From contig JALDZS010000006.1 in NCBI GenBank assembly GCA_022813965.1, forward strand, positions 62,001 to 126,000: a DNA stretch of 64,000 bases, in the 5' to 3' direction. The stretch comes from Toensbergia leucococca. Its lineage: Eukaryota. Under the pieces are notes generated by a model. The model was not told the origin of the DNA. It saw only the letters and a list, made by a program, of their open reading frames with translations, and did not search any database. Positions 25,579-38,739 of this stretch are shown here, in pieces (the stretch's first letter is position 1; the number at the start of each line of letters is the position of its first letter). The translations under genes and the position numbers were made by a program.

Positions 25579-28036
25579 ATGGTTACAAATCGACTTTTTC
25601 AGGCACCGTCTTCTCCCGCCAAAGCGACCATGATTAGCAAACATACTTCGCCGTCAGAGCTGACCAAACGGATCCACAACAAGTTCAAGTCTTACGGCAG
25701 AGGCATCAGGAATGTTTCGCGAAAACTCAGTGATGCCATAGGTAAATTTTCCAAACACTTGTGGCGAGGAGATGTGGATGAAGAGAAGAAAGTTGTTCTA
25801 GAAAAGAGTTTCAAGCATGCCTTGTCCCGATGCTTGGTTCATCTCTTAGCAGTGTCTGGGACCACGACTCTGGCATATTTCAACCTCGCAGGCTACTTTA
25901 TTGGCTCACAAATGCAAGGCCTGACTGGTGGAGTCTACCAAGCTCTTGACACACTATGTCTGCAGGTGACAGCAAAGCTTCTGGTACTTGTCTTCTTCTT
26001 CTTTCATGATTTCATACTATCTCACGAGTTTGCATATGGCAGGAACTGCTGATTGTCGCCTCTCTGGGAACAATTCTCATGGACATGTTACGCCATGAAC
26101 TGCTATTCGGACGCGAAGGCTTGCCTTTGGGAATCTTGACCTCTAAACAACAATTCACCGAATTGTTGTATCTCATATCTCCCCAGTTTCGCTTTGGCTT
26201 GGGAGGCTTCGCTACCCGCCGTAAGCGATTGCTGTTCGGCCTTTTCATCACCACATCGAGTCTTATCGCACTCTTCGCTGGCCCTTCTGCCGCCTTGTTA
26301 TTGATTCCGACTCAGCGGTCCAACTGGCCGGCAGGAGGTGCTTCTTTTTGGCTTGCAGGTGACGATGACTTTCTTTGGCCTTCTAAGCTTGGAGCCTTGT
26401 CCATAGGAGGATCCGGCTGTGAAAATCCTACTGTGCAAAACCTGAGCACTGAAGCCTTGAATTCCTCCGGGTGCATATGGGCTGGCTATTCGTCGCTTGC
26501 GGAAGCCTTCAAACAAAGGCACTTCAATGATGAGATCGATCTAATTGTTGATGATGGCGTACTCAAACGTAATTTCATTATTCGACCAAAAGGTGAAGTG
26601 GCAGAGACTTGGGTCCTTGCAATTCATATGGCCGTTGGGGTCCTTTCAAAAAACGTCGCTGGAGCTTGGTACCTGGCTTTAAAGGGAATCTCGGCGTCAA
26701 GCTGGCGCCATACGCTCCAGTATCGAATTAGAAATGAGACCATAGGCTCCGTTGAGAGCTGGGTTCCAGCAGTTCGAGCAGATTGTAGCATTAATGACAT
26801 TTCCGATTTGTTTTTCTATAACAATAGCTCAGGCATTGAGCTGGAAGTATGACTCCCTTATCTTGGCCCACTATTAATCCTAAAACGACGGCGCTGATGT
26901 CAGCCAAGTACCCTGATCTCCCAGAATACAACTTCCGCCTCAACCTAAGTTATTGGATTGAAACAACTCTCTCCGTCTCGTCTAACGTGAGCACACACTG
27001 GCAAAGGGTTCCAGGGGCCGCCAGATTGAGCGACAACTCCAATACGACTGATGTGCCCAGCGCCTTCTTGAGTGTGCAGATGCCATATTACGGAACCAAC
27101 AACACAGGAACAACGTTTACCTGCTCCGTCGATGCCAGATGGGCAATGGGGATCTACTCTGGGGGGACAGTCGGAGATCTAGACGAAGACTACGTTCAAA
27201 CAGCCACAATCCAGAACACTAGGTCCAAGATCCCTAATCTTGCAGGCTACCAATACAATTTCCTCCCTGTCAACGACGGCTCCTGGCGACGAGTCCAGAT
27301 CGACACAGACTGGCTTAACACCCTGACTCCTCTCCTTGGCAACAGCACGTCCGGCTGGACTAGTCTCGCCGCTCTTCTTACATACATGGGCATGGACAAC
27401 AGCACGGGCATGATCGTGGACTATTCTGATGTGACTGGCGTGCTGGAGACCATCATCGCAACCCTCGTCGCAGACGGCATGTCACGACAGGGGTACACCG
27501 CTAACGGGGGCTCCTCAACACACTTCTCCGACGCGCTAACCCTACTACCGTGGGACAATTCGGTGTCGAGTCAGCAGAGCCTTCTGGCTGGCAAGTACAC
27601 GTTCCCACCTCCCGCAGGCTCAGCTACCCCGCTAAAATGGTCCGTCGTCGTCGGCGGCTACGCCTACCGCGCCGACAGCCTTGCGTACTACCTCGCGCTG
27701 ACAGTACTCTTCCTACACGCGGCACTCGCGCTTGGCCACACAGTATACGTGCTTCGGAAGCGCGTCTGCTGCACCGCATGGGACTCAATTGTTGAGCTGA
27801 TAGTCTTGACCGCCAAATCAAGTATACTCAAGGCTCCTAGCGCCATCGACTTGTTCGAGAACGCGTCCGCAGGCATCGAGCGGTACCGAAAAATGGGCAC
27901 GAAGGTGCGAATTGGGGCTTCGTCTACATCGGGTGGTACTACTACAAGTCAGAAGGACGTTAAGATTCTTTTCGGTGACGGGGCGCTTGCGGCGGCGGGG
28001 TATCAGGAGCTGGAAATTAACAAGGCTTATGGGTGA
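25579..28036 (+). CDS. Uncharacterised fungal membrane protein with large N-glycosylated luminal region, 3 exons
   Basis: ORFs 25579-26052, 26079-26852 and 26849-28036 joined by introns ~25984-26042 and ~26847-26903; TM segments near both ends; many N-x-S/T sequons. Confidence 0.8.
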
Positions 28037-28202
28037 TCAGACGCTATATTGCATCGACGGGCAGGGAGTAATCAGCAATTATGACGGCAGCCGGAGTCCG
28101 AGAGGATGGTAGATATGTGCTCGGTACCTACGATCCTCCGCGGCCTGCCCGCACTTCCTGGCATCGCCTTAACAGACCCAGCCCATCTCAATGAAAGATC
28201 TC

Positions 28203-28403
28203 AAACCAACATCGACTGTACACATAGAATTAATGTAGTGCATTGGATTTCCTTATTGTCTTAACGTTCTTGGTACATTCTGATTGTCAGAAGCGGCGAC
28301 ATGATCGCTCGAAGGCGTTTCTGCTTCTTAGACGAATGCTTGATACCCTCATTAGCGTTGCTTTAGGCTGACATTTCATCGGCTAGCGAATTTCACGAAG
28401 TAC
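28203..28403 (+). repeat. Direct repeat copy 2
   Basis: About 90% identical by eye to 24450-24658; first ~57 bp identical. Confidence 0.95.
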
Positions 28404-28699
28404 AGATGTGAGATGACCTTGAATTGTGAGACTGTCTGAATAGACATGCAGGCTCACGCAATTGATTTCAAGTTATCGTGCCACAAATTTCTCCTTCTAA
28501 GCCGTGAAATTTTACTGCACTTTGGGTATTAGAACATCAAAAGCCAATGAAGAAGATCACCACCATTCTCTATGCCACTGATACTAAGGTACTCCCCCTA
28601 ATCATCACACAATCATTCACTACCTTATTACCTTACTACCTAGGTAGTGGATTGCTCCAGATGGCGGTCAGGGAAATTACCCCACTGAGTCGTGTATGC

Positions 28700-28790
28700 T
28701 GACGTCGCCAGCGTCCCTCGGTCCCTCGGTCCCTCGGTCGGTGACCGTCGCCAATTGCAGCCAATCACAATGCACCAATAGCTATGATAA
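28700..28790 (+). promoter_or_regulatory. HEM1 promoter: triple CCAAT boxes, TGACGT and GATAA motifs
   Basis: CCAAT at 28751, 28761 and 28775; TGACGT at ~28700; TGATAA at 28785; (GTCCCTCG)x3 at ~28713-28737. Confidence 0.5.
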
Positions 28791-28949
28791 CCTGACTAAG
28801 CGGATTCCCGCATTCCTCGATTCCGCTTACATTACTGTTGTTGCATCACATCCTCCTTTGCTTTATTTCTCCTCTACCACCCCTCAACAAACCCCAAACG
28901 ATACCTTCGGGACCATTCAGCACTTCAATTGAAGTTATAACAAGCCAAA

Positions 28950-30852
28950 ATGGAGACTCTTCTTCGCCAGTCGCGATCCATGTGCCCTTTCCTACAGAAA
29001 ACTTCTCCCGCCACTCTGCGCTCTTTGTCGACCTCTACCCATCAGCATTCCCCCGGCGGTGGTACGATATCTAATCTCCAAACCCTCGGTCGCAGATGCC
29101 CTGTTATGGGTAAAGCAATGGCAGTTCAAGCCGCCAATAACAGACCCACTGGACTAGGTGGTGTGTTTGGAGGAGTTAGAGCATATGGAGGGAAGGCCAA
29201 ATTGCATACCACCAGGGCTCGTCAAGCTACTGTAGATACCGGCGTAGTGAAGCCACGTGAAAATGGTAGATATAGCCAATCACGCATATAACTGCAACAG
29301 ATCTGGCTGACACTCAATAGCACCTGTACCTCAAGCCTCAAAGCCGAGCGCTCCCGCAGTACAGTATACCGCCATGTCTGGCCCAAAGCCCCCAGCCCCG
29401 ACAGCAGCGACATTCAATTACGAAGGCTTCTACAACGCCGAGCTTGACAAGAAGCACAAGGACAAGTCTTACCGTTACTTCAATAATATAAATCGGCTAG
29501 CTCAAGAGTTCCCTCGTGCCCACATGGCCACGAAAGACGAGCGAGTGACTGTTTGGTGTTCAAATGACTACCTTGGAATGGGACGAAACCCTCGTGTTCT
29601 ACAAACTATGCATGAGACCCTTGATATGTATGGTTCAGGCGCCGGTGGGACAAGGAATATATCAGGCCATAACCAACACGCTGTTGACCTCGAAGCAACC
29701 TTATCTAAATTGCACGCGAAAGAAGCAGCTCTGGTCTTCTCGTCTTGCTATGTTGCAAACGATGCAACACTTGCTACACTTGGCAGCAAATTGCCCAATT
29801 GTGTCATTCTTTCCGATAGTATGAACCACGCTTCGATGATTCAAGGAATCCGGCATTCAGGTGCGAAAAAAATGGTGTTTAAACATAATGATATCGCGGA
29901 TCTTGAGGCTAAACTTGCATCGCTACCGAGCGACGTCCCAAAGATCATTGCTTTCGAGAGTGTGTACAGCATGTGCGGCTCCATTGGTCCGATTGCAGAC
30001 ATTTGTGACTTAGCTGAGAAATATGGTGCTATCACTTTTCTCGATGAAGTCCATGCGGTTGGCATGTATGGACCAACTGGCGCCGGCGTTGCAGAGCATT
30101 TGGACTATGATGCTCATCTTTCTGGGCAGCCACAAGGTACGGTCATGGACCGCATCGATATTATCACGGGAACGCTTGGGAAAGCCTATGGTTGTGTAGG
30201 TGGATACATTGCGGGCTCCGCGAAGATGGTTGACACGATACGCTCTCTTGCTCCAGGGTTTATCTTTACGACTTCCTTGCCACCAGCCACTATGGCAGGT
30301 GCGAAGACAGCCATCGAGTATCAAATAGGATATCAGGGAGACAGGCGTCTTCAGCAACTACACACGAGGGCGGTAAAAAGTGCCTTGGTCGGGAAAGATA
30401 TCCCTGTGATGCCGAATCCCTCCCACATCATACCGGTGCTCGTGGGCAATGCTGAGTTGGCAAGAAAGGCTAGCGATCTCCTTCTGGAGGATTTTGGCAT
30501 CTACGTGCAAGCAATCAACTACCCGACTGTGCCGGTTGGAGAGGAGCGGCTCAGAATTACGCCCACGCCCGGACACATCAGGGAGTACAGAGATGAGCTA
30601 GTACAGGCGCTCGATGCTGTGTGGACGCAGCTTGGTATTAAAAGAACCAGTGATTGGAAAGAAGATGGGGGATTCGTTGGCGTAGGCGTTCCTGGCAAGG
30701 AGATGGAGGAGAAGCCTCTTTGGACGGATGAGCAATTAGGCCTAAAGGACTTCGGCAGAGAGCTCAAGGCTGGGGGGATTCTGGGGGCCATGGAATTGGT
30801 ACTTGAGAGGGAAGTCAAGCAAACGGCGTCTGCGGTCTCTGCTGCGGCTTGA
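28950..30852 (+). CDS. HEM1: 5-aminolevulinate synthase, mitochondrial, 2 exons
   Basis: Presequence with CP heme-regulatory motifs (MCPFL, RCPVM); [41 protein letters not shown] (PLP Lys); intron 29266-29320. Confidence 0.98.
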
Positions 30853-31344
30853 CAGTGTTTGGTAGCAACGAAGTAGTCAAGATGTTAATGACGGATGAAT
30901 AGCAGTAAGATCTGGGATCAGCTATATGAAACCCACACGTCTGATTTTATTTTACGTTGGATTTCTGTATTAGTCTGGTATTTCAGGTTAGTAAATGAAA
31001 TGGGCGACCGTTACTATCAATCATGCGTTAGCTATATCCTCATCCCAAGGCGTTGCTACATTGTTGGTGCGGATATTTACGTGCATCCTCATGGTACGAA
31101 TAATAGTCAACGTCCTACTCCGTACTCTTCCGGGATATTAGACTTTAGCATGGACAACGGGAAATCCTCACACTTTTTATGACAATCAAGTGATCAACGT
31201 AGGAAGATGATGATTCCATGACTCAACCCATTGTTCGCATCATTCTAAGGATCTTTGATGCCCCCCATTCATGCCGCAACTACCGAGCTACCTCCCTAAC
31301 CACATCTTCGTTCCATTGCTCTTCGCCAAAAGTCATAAAGCATC

Positions 31345-32383
31345 ATGGAAACAACGAAACCGTCAGATCCAACTTTCCGATCCTACAATGCACAACAAGC
31401 TCAATCCTACGCCATTAGCCGCACAGGGTATGCCGTTGAGCTCTATGACATGATTCTCAACCATCATTACGAGACCAAGGGTGAATTCGGCAGTCTTCTT
31501 GATGTTGGTTGTGGGCCAGGCAATGCCACACGCGACCTGGCCCTTGCCTTTGACCAGGCTGTTGGAATCGACCCAGGTGCTGAGATGATTGCCACTGCAA
31601 CTAGAATAGGAGGAAAGACGCGAATCGGCAATGACATCCAGTTTGAAATAAGTCCTGCGGAAGAATGCTCCAAGGTTGAAGGAATCAATGCTGAGAGTGT
31701 TGATTTATTGACTGCAGCAATGGCTGTATGTCGACCTGTAGCGCTGGTACGCCTCGGTGACCATTAATCAGTGCAGGCTCACTGGTTCAACATGCAATCA
31801 TTCTGGTCTAGCGCTGCAGAAGTGCTCAAACCTGGCGGCACCATCGCACTCTGGACGTGCTCTTCTCTCTATTGCCGTAAGATGATCATCGCATTTGAAT
31901 TCGGACTCATGCTCGCTGACTAGGAATACACGAGCGTCAGATCCGTCCACTCCCAATGCGGCAGAAGTCCAAAGAGTTCTTTTTCGCCTCGAGCGTGAGA
32001 CTCTTGCTCCGTATGAGTTACCATTCAACCGTATTTCTAGAGATATGTATGACAATCTAGTGCTTCCATGGCATGTAAGCCCACATATTACAGCCTTCCC
32101 TCAACAGCTTTTGGTGAGGCAGGAGTGGGATCGTGATGGGATCTTGAGTGACCAGAAGGGCTTTTTTGGAGGAGGCAAAGAGATTTCTTTGGAACATTTG
32201 GAGAAGGATCTTTCAACAGCTAGTATGGTAACACGTTGGAGAGCTGCCAGCCCCGAACTTGCAGGGACCGATGAGGATTGTGTGCGGAAAGCGATGAGTG
32301 ATATCAAGAAGGTACTTGGAGACCAGGAGACATTCATTGTAGGTCATGGGACTGCGATCTTACTTTTGAAGAAGCAAATATGA
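31345..32383 (+). CDS. Class I SAM-dependent methyltransferase (trans-aconitate methyltransferase-like), 3 exons
   Basis: LLDVGCGPG motif I, GIDPGAEMI, VDLLTAAMA|AHWF, LKPGGTIALW; introns 31726-31776 and 31877-31940. Confidence 0.9.
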
Positions 32384-33278
32384 CTGAAAAGAATTGTGGG
32401 AGGTATTGTGCTTTCGAAAAAAGGTCTCTGGTTAATGTATGTTTTTCAAATTTTGAACGAGGTTCATGTCTTTCACTGGCGGTGAAGCTCCTGGAGCCAT
32501 TGAATATCCCCAGTCCCAAAATATCTATCTGGTGTTTGTTGACAATTTCTCAGCACTGAAATTGGTCATCTTATGGAATAAAGAGCCCCGTCACTCACGT
32601 CTTTACTCATTTAGCTCATCCATCGTTGCAAATTCAACTACTGTGTTTCTATCTCGCTCAAATATAGCATGGTTGAAGATTTTATTCCTGATTATTAGGC
32701 CTTTCTGACTCTTTGCGTCTGGACGACACTTCAATCAACATTACATCAGCTGAGGCACCCGCCTCGAAGCGCCATCCTACTTGGCCGAGTCCATAGCTTG
32801 CAACCCAAAACGCACTGGGTATATTGACTGTCAGGCCTAGACAAAGGATTTGTCTCAAGCTACCGTGTGTAGGCGGTAGGTAACTATATTCTTTCGTGTC
32901 TTAGACAAGCTGTCGCTTTATTGTCAATTCGTGTCACGGGACGTAGTGCCTAGAAGTTTCAGCTAGTCCTTCTTCTTATAAGCGCACCCAACGACAAGAG
33001 ATCGCGATGGCATATACTCGTCTTGTATCATGTGGTGGTTCCTATGCTGCCGACATTTGATCCGACGCATGTCTGCACCCGAAGTCTAGGTGATCGTCTT
33101 CCTGTCGGTCAACTTTCCATCACCACGCTTCCAAGTTAAGAGAGCCTCAACACCTTGCAAGTTACTTCGGTATCTCAAGTAATCGCGTCTATCCAAGCTT
33201 CATCTAAGACAGAAGCCACTCCGAACTCTTTTACTGCAGCTCCTTCCTCTGCCCCGCTCCCCACAATCACCACCAACC

Positions 33279-33740
33279 ATGCGGTACCGCCTCCTCCTTC
33301 TCTCAGCCACTCTCCTGCCTACCATAGCCATGGGCATAGATTTTTGGCTCGTCAACTCCTCGCCCGGCACCGCCATTTCGCCTCCCTCCTGGACTGGCTG
33401 CCAAAATAACACTCCGGCCAGCTTAGAAATAACGGGAGTCCCCGCTTACATCGCCAACATGAACTACTGTCTAGACGACTTCAACTCGCCAAACTGGAAC
33501 GGCATGAATTGCAACGGTATTGGCTGGTTTAAGGGCACACACGGCGGCTACAAAAACCCTCAAAATTGTTACGATGCTTGCAAGTCATGTATGGAGGCGA
33601 GCATTCAGGCGCTGGCTGCTGATGCGATTTGTTGGAATGTTTTTGGGACGACTGGCCCGGTGAATCTACCCAATAATGAGGGCAAGGCGCCTGCTGGGAA
33701 ATATGTAGGTTGTTGGATGGGGTATATGGACGGCCCTTGA
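33279..33740 (+). CDS. Small secreted cysteine-rich protein (153 aa, 8 Cys)
   Basis: N-terminal signal peptide MRYRLLLLSATLLPTIAMG; 8 cysteines; intronless ORF with ACC-ATG context. Confidence 0.8.
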   Translation: MRYRLLLLSATLLPTIAMGIDFWLVNSSPGTAISPPSWTGCQNNTPASLEITGVPAYIANMNYCLDDFNSPNWNGMNCNGIGWFKGTHGGYKNPQNCYDACKSCMEASIQALAADAICWNVFGTTGPVNLPNNEGKAPAGKYVGCWMGYMDGP

Positions 33741-34321
33741 GCGCCTAAAATATGGACTGGGAGCCTTGGGCTCGAGATTTTGAGGTAAGCTAGTGGCTAC
33801 AATCCCAGACGGCGGGAAGTATATGGCATGTCATTTCAGAGGAGGTAGATGGGACGAGAGAAAGAAGTGGGGATTTCGATATGAGGAGCAGTCATCACTG
33901 GAGTAAATTAGAAAAGTACATACTGTCAAGTTAGGTAATGGGCGATGATGCAAGCTTGATTAACATTGGTACTTGATCTGTTGCTATTGTCTTCTATGCC
34001 CGCGAATTGGAGTATGTGAATCAAACATTGAAAATGGCATGCTTGGTCGTACAGGGCTAGACCTTCTTTAGTATCAGGAAGAAGTTCATGTATCTAGATC
34101 TGTGACAAGTAGGTCAATGTGTTGATTGTGGTAAATGGCTGCTGAAGAGCAGTTCTACGAAGAAACTAAGGTGAGGCTACGAGGGTGTGATTGTGACCTT
34201 AATTAGGGCAACATGGGCTCAAGCGAAGCGCCTTACCTAAAAGAAGCAAATTACTATCCGTAAGCGGCTCGCGTCAGTATTTTCAGCAAGCCACAGTAAA
34301 ATTAATTTGAGCGATACAAAT

Positions 34322-35947
34322 ATGTCGGACAAGAAGCGCAAACGAGCTGACAATGCTGAGCGACCTAGGAAGAGAATTGCCTCCGAGGCTCCTCATGCCC
34401 AGGTCATCAAGGTCTCCTTACTTCCGGAAGAGGGATGGGCTCCTGTGATTGGTAGCAATTCTTCTCGTAGCTGTGACCAGACTTGAAGCTGACGTTGACA
34501 AGCAACAACACCTGGCCTCTCTCTTTCTCCTAATGTATCCTTCGAGCCTTACCAAAATTCTCGGCAAAATGCCACAGCACGTCCAACAAATGCTAGTAAA
34601 TCCTCAGTGTCGACCTCAGAGATCTTACTACATTCCTCAACACACCCAAAGCTAGACTACGTAGCCCGCCAGGAAAATTCAGGCGGAGCAGAAAATCTAG
34701 TGAAACACTACATCGGTGTCTATGACCCTTCGAAGGGGGAGGTACAGGTGGTACTCGCTCGAAAACTCGTCGTGCGAGGGACGTTGCGTGGAGCAGCGAC
34801 TTCTGCCGGCGACAGCCAGGACAAGGATAGAGAAACAGCACCTACTGTGAGTCTACCCTGATTCTAATTACTGGTACGATTGTTGCAGAACTGATTCGGC
34901 TTTCAGCTGTCTGCTAAATCTACACTCAGCCTAGCTTTTGGTACGAAAAAGGTCCAGAAAGCAATCCGTTCCCTTACCGAGAATGCCATCACCTCGTCTC
35001 CTGCCAAATCCTCACAAGTATTCGCCGGCGGAGGCTCACTCGATCCTCTCGCCTCTGCGATTGTGGAATCAATGCAAGAGGCATCGGGTTCTATGCATAC
35101 CCGTGAAGAGCTCCAGATTGCTGTCGATGAGGGGAAGCCCAGGCCGAAAGCAAACCTAGAAGCTGAGACGCCAGCGAATGTCTATAAATTGGAAGATCTG
35201 GTGGGTGTAGACGCGATGAGGACATTAATGGTCAAGGAATGGCAGGACAAGGTGAACAGCAACACTAACATTGAGACTGGCAGCCTGTTTGTAAGTAAAC
35301 GAATACGCAGGACAGTGGAAAGTGGAGACGTGAAGAGACTTAAGGGTCTGAGATATTTGCTGTTCTTGCTAGATGTGCTAAGATGTTTGGAACCCAAAGC
35401 AAAGGGGATAAAGCGACTACCTGTCAAGGAGAAACTAATGAGCGCTCTTGGAAGCTTAGGTGAAGGGCTTCTAGACGGGTTCAGGAGGAAATTTACCCAA
35501 GACAAGTGCGTTTTCTGCTCCGTGCCGCACTTCTCACTAGGAGAAGCGATCCTACGAAGACTTGAATCCGACTAAATTCTGCTCGTACAGTCAACTTACA
35601 AAGTGGTATATCGACAACCTCATGACTCACATCTGCGCTCTGGCATTAATCATCGATAACTACGAGGTCGATGTCTATGACGTAAGAGAAGATCTTAAAC
35701 TTGAGAACAAAGAGTATGCGCTCCGTACCCTACGATAATTTGTAAAAGCTGGCATTTGTACTCATGTCCGGTAAACAGGATCGTACAATATTTTCAAGAA
35801 ATCGGCTGCACGGTATCGGCGCCAACGGATAGTGAGAGGGCCAGGACGGACCTCACCAAAGCGGCGGCAGTGGCGCACAAGATGGCGAGGCTGAGATTAC
35901 CTTTGAAATTCCCCAAAAATAGGGTATTTGCAGCTCGGCGAAAATGA
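34322..35947 (+). CDS. RPA49: RNA polymerase I subunit A49, multi-exon
   Basis: MSDKKRKR start; LLLHSSTHPKLDY, HYIGVYDP, FGTKK, PRPKANL.A, LMTHICALAL, DLKLE, FQEIGC and ARLRLPLKFP across spliced exons. Confidence 0.9.
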
Positions 35948-36876
35948 ACGATGAACGACGGCGTTCAAGGATTACTGTCTTCTGGCCCTGGCTATTCAGG
36001 ACTGGCTATCTCCCAGTCAAGGTCAACTACCACTGCAGTTCTCGAGTACTGGTGCGGCTGGGAAGCATGAAGACAGGCGGCTCGGAGTTCCTTCCGCAGT
36101 CTTACATGGCCTTGCCGTCTACCGAGGCTTCTCCAGGTTCCGAAGCAACGAGACCTCAGGCCACCGTCATTGGGCCATGCACAGGGATATTTAGGTAGCA
36201 TTGGCTCAATTGGCTCCCATCGGTCGGGTCCTTGTCTTGTTGTGCTTTAGCTTGCAAGCCGGCGGCACCGAAGCGGCGATGCTACTAGCGCAGATTGCTT
36301 GCCCAGCCGGTTGGCTTTTCTAGAAGGACGGGAATTATTCTATCGAAGCTTGTTTCAATCATTCATGCTAGCTTTCTAGCTAAGAACTTAGTAGTTAGGA
36401 CACCACGGCAGACAGCGGTGGTGGCGCTTTGCGAAAGAGACTCGCCAAACGTCATTTCTCTCCAAGCTGTATTCGAATAGATGAGCACAGTGTTGCACAA
36501 TGCCGTTACTCTAGACCCTGGTGACGAAAACGTTTATTCGTATGGTCGGCCGTCCATCGTGATACAAGCTCCCACTAATTGTTTCCCACTGTCTATCCAT
36601 GCATATACTGTTTCTTCTACAGCATCCAGAGTCCGATGTGCACGACTGCACTTGCCTCAACGAGTAACGACACCTCCGACGCTAGCGCCTAGACCAATCC
36701 GCATCGGCGAGATGCATTTCATCAACACCATGATGTACGATAATACCATTACTTCGATAAGGACGCCACCGCTCCGGAGACCTCCTATGGTGGTACATAT
36801 AGAGAGGTGAGAACCCCCATTTTGAAAGCTCTTCTCTTGTATCTGTCACACTGTCATCCGTTTCTATACTCACAAT

Positions 36877-38739
36877 ATGCAGAACGCAGGCCTTGCTCTC
36901 GATGGCGGTGATCCTCGGATGGAGAACTCTGGTGGAATAGGCACTGTCGATATCCCCTCTACTCATCATCAAAAATTACACGATCCCAATGTCACCTTCG
37001 AGGAATATATGCATTACGCAGCAATTACTCGCGCTGATGAAAGGAACAACGAGGAACCAGTGCCGGCGACGTCTGGTTTGTCATTCAACATGTTCAAAAA
37101 GAAGGAGAGCAGTGACAACATCGAGCTGAGGCGCACACCCGACGAAAAGCATGCCGGCGTCAGCGGCGTCGGAGTCAGCGGTGCAAGCTCTCCAGTCGGA
37201 CCATCAGCACCCGCCTACACAATTTCCGATCAAGACTACGTCCAAGCATCCCGAGCTGCCCGGACTGCAAGTTGGCTTGCTGTGTTTTATCTCATCACCA
37301 CCGATATCCTAGGGCCTTTCTCTACTCCGTATGTTTGGAGTCCACGATTAGGTCATATTGCATGCTGACGTTTATGAATTGCAGATGGGCATTTGCACAG
37401 ATGGGTTATGGGATGGCGACTGGGTTGTATGTGATCTTTGGAGCTCTGGCTGGATAGTACGTTTTCCCCTTGTGCATTGTACCTGCCCATCTTTCTAATC
37501 AATAATAGCGGTGGATATTTGCTGTGGAGACTGTACTTGGCTTTGGACTCTGATCGTTACCCACTGAAGACTTATGGCGATATTGCATTCCGTACTTTTG
37601 GGACAACTGCACGTCATACAGTCAACATTCTCCAGTCGCTCCAACTTCTCCTCAACGTTGGTATCATCATCGTTGTCAATGGACAGAGCCTTTCGCAGAT
37701 GTCCAACGGTAGCGTATGCTTTATCATACTTTGTTTCGTCTGGGCCATCGTCGGAATGTTCGGCGGCCAAATCCGCACCTTGGCGAGACTCGGATGGCTA
37801 GCAAATGCCGCTATCTGGATGAATGTCTTTGTTATCCTCGTGACTATGGGAATCACGGCCAATTCCGCTCCCAACTTCGTGGCGGCTCTAGCCTCTAACG
37901 GGGCAGCACAAGGTCCCGTTGTAAAGACGGCTGGCCCACCGGCCGGGGTGGAATTCTCAGGCCAAGTCGTTGGACTGATGCAGGCCGTATTCTCATACGG
38001 CGGAGCCATGTTGTTCGTTGAATTCATGGCTGAGATGAAAAAACCATGGGACTTCTGGAAGGGCATGTTGTGCGCTCAGGTCTTCATCTTTGTCTGCTAT
38101 CTTACGTTTGGGCTCGTTGTCTACTCGTACCAAGGACAATTTGCTATCAATCCAGCTTACCAGGGTATCTCTAGCTACGCATGGCAGACGGTCGGCAATG
38201 CTTTCGGTCTTGTGTCCGGCATGATCGCTGCGTTCCTTTATGGCAATATCGGCGTCAAAGTTATTTACAGCAATGTTCTCATGGATCTGTTTAACTTCCC
38301 AGCTTTGGAGACAAAGAAGGGTAAGATTATATGGGTTGTGGTTGTCCCAATCTACTGGGCTATTGCTTTCATCGTTTGCTGCGCCATTCCCCAAGTCAGC
38401 AATCTGTCGGGCCTTGTCGCGGCCGCGTGCATTCTTCAATTCTCCTACACATTCCCGCCGTTCCTATCACTCGGTTATCAAATTAAGAAAGACGCCATGC
38501 AGCCAGGCGAGGGTTTCGATGCGGCAACAGGGCAAACGATTCGACACGATGGTGGCATGGGTCGGTGGATGCGTGGGTATAAAAAGCACATGCTTTACAA
38601 CTCATGGCATGTGTTCTTCTTCCTAGGATCGCTGACGACGGCCATACTGGGGATTTACTCGGCTGTTACGGGCATGATTTCGGCGTATGGGAATAATACT
38701 TCTGCTACATTTAGTTGCACGAGTCCTGTGGGTGCTTAG
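36877..38739 (+). CDS. Neutral amino-acid permease (Aa_trans / Mtr-like family), 3 exons
   Basis: DPNVTFEEY, RTASWLAVFYLITTDILGP, LDSDRYPLKTYGD, FSYGGAMLF.EFMAEM..P.DFWKG; ~11 TM segments; introns ~37329-37384 and ~37457-37508. Confidence 0.92.

Noticed and set aside
24450..28403. Interpretation of the direct repeats as retrotransposon LTRs
   Set aside because: No TG...CA termini, PBS/PPT or gag-pol; the repeat corresponds to host gene 3' sequence
28950..33740. HEM1 + methyltransferase + secreted protein as a biosynthetic gene cluster
   Set aside because: HEM1 is the ordinary mitochondrial enzyme with presequence; no PKS, NRPS, terpene synthase or cluster regulator nearby
36481..36810. 109-aa ORF just upstream of the amino-acid permease (uORF or small gene)
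   Set aside because: No recognisable motif and no way to show it lies in the transcript; likely promoter sequence
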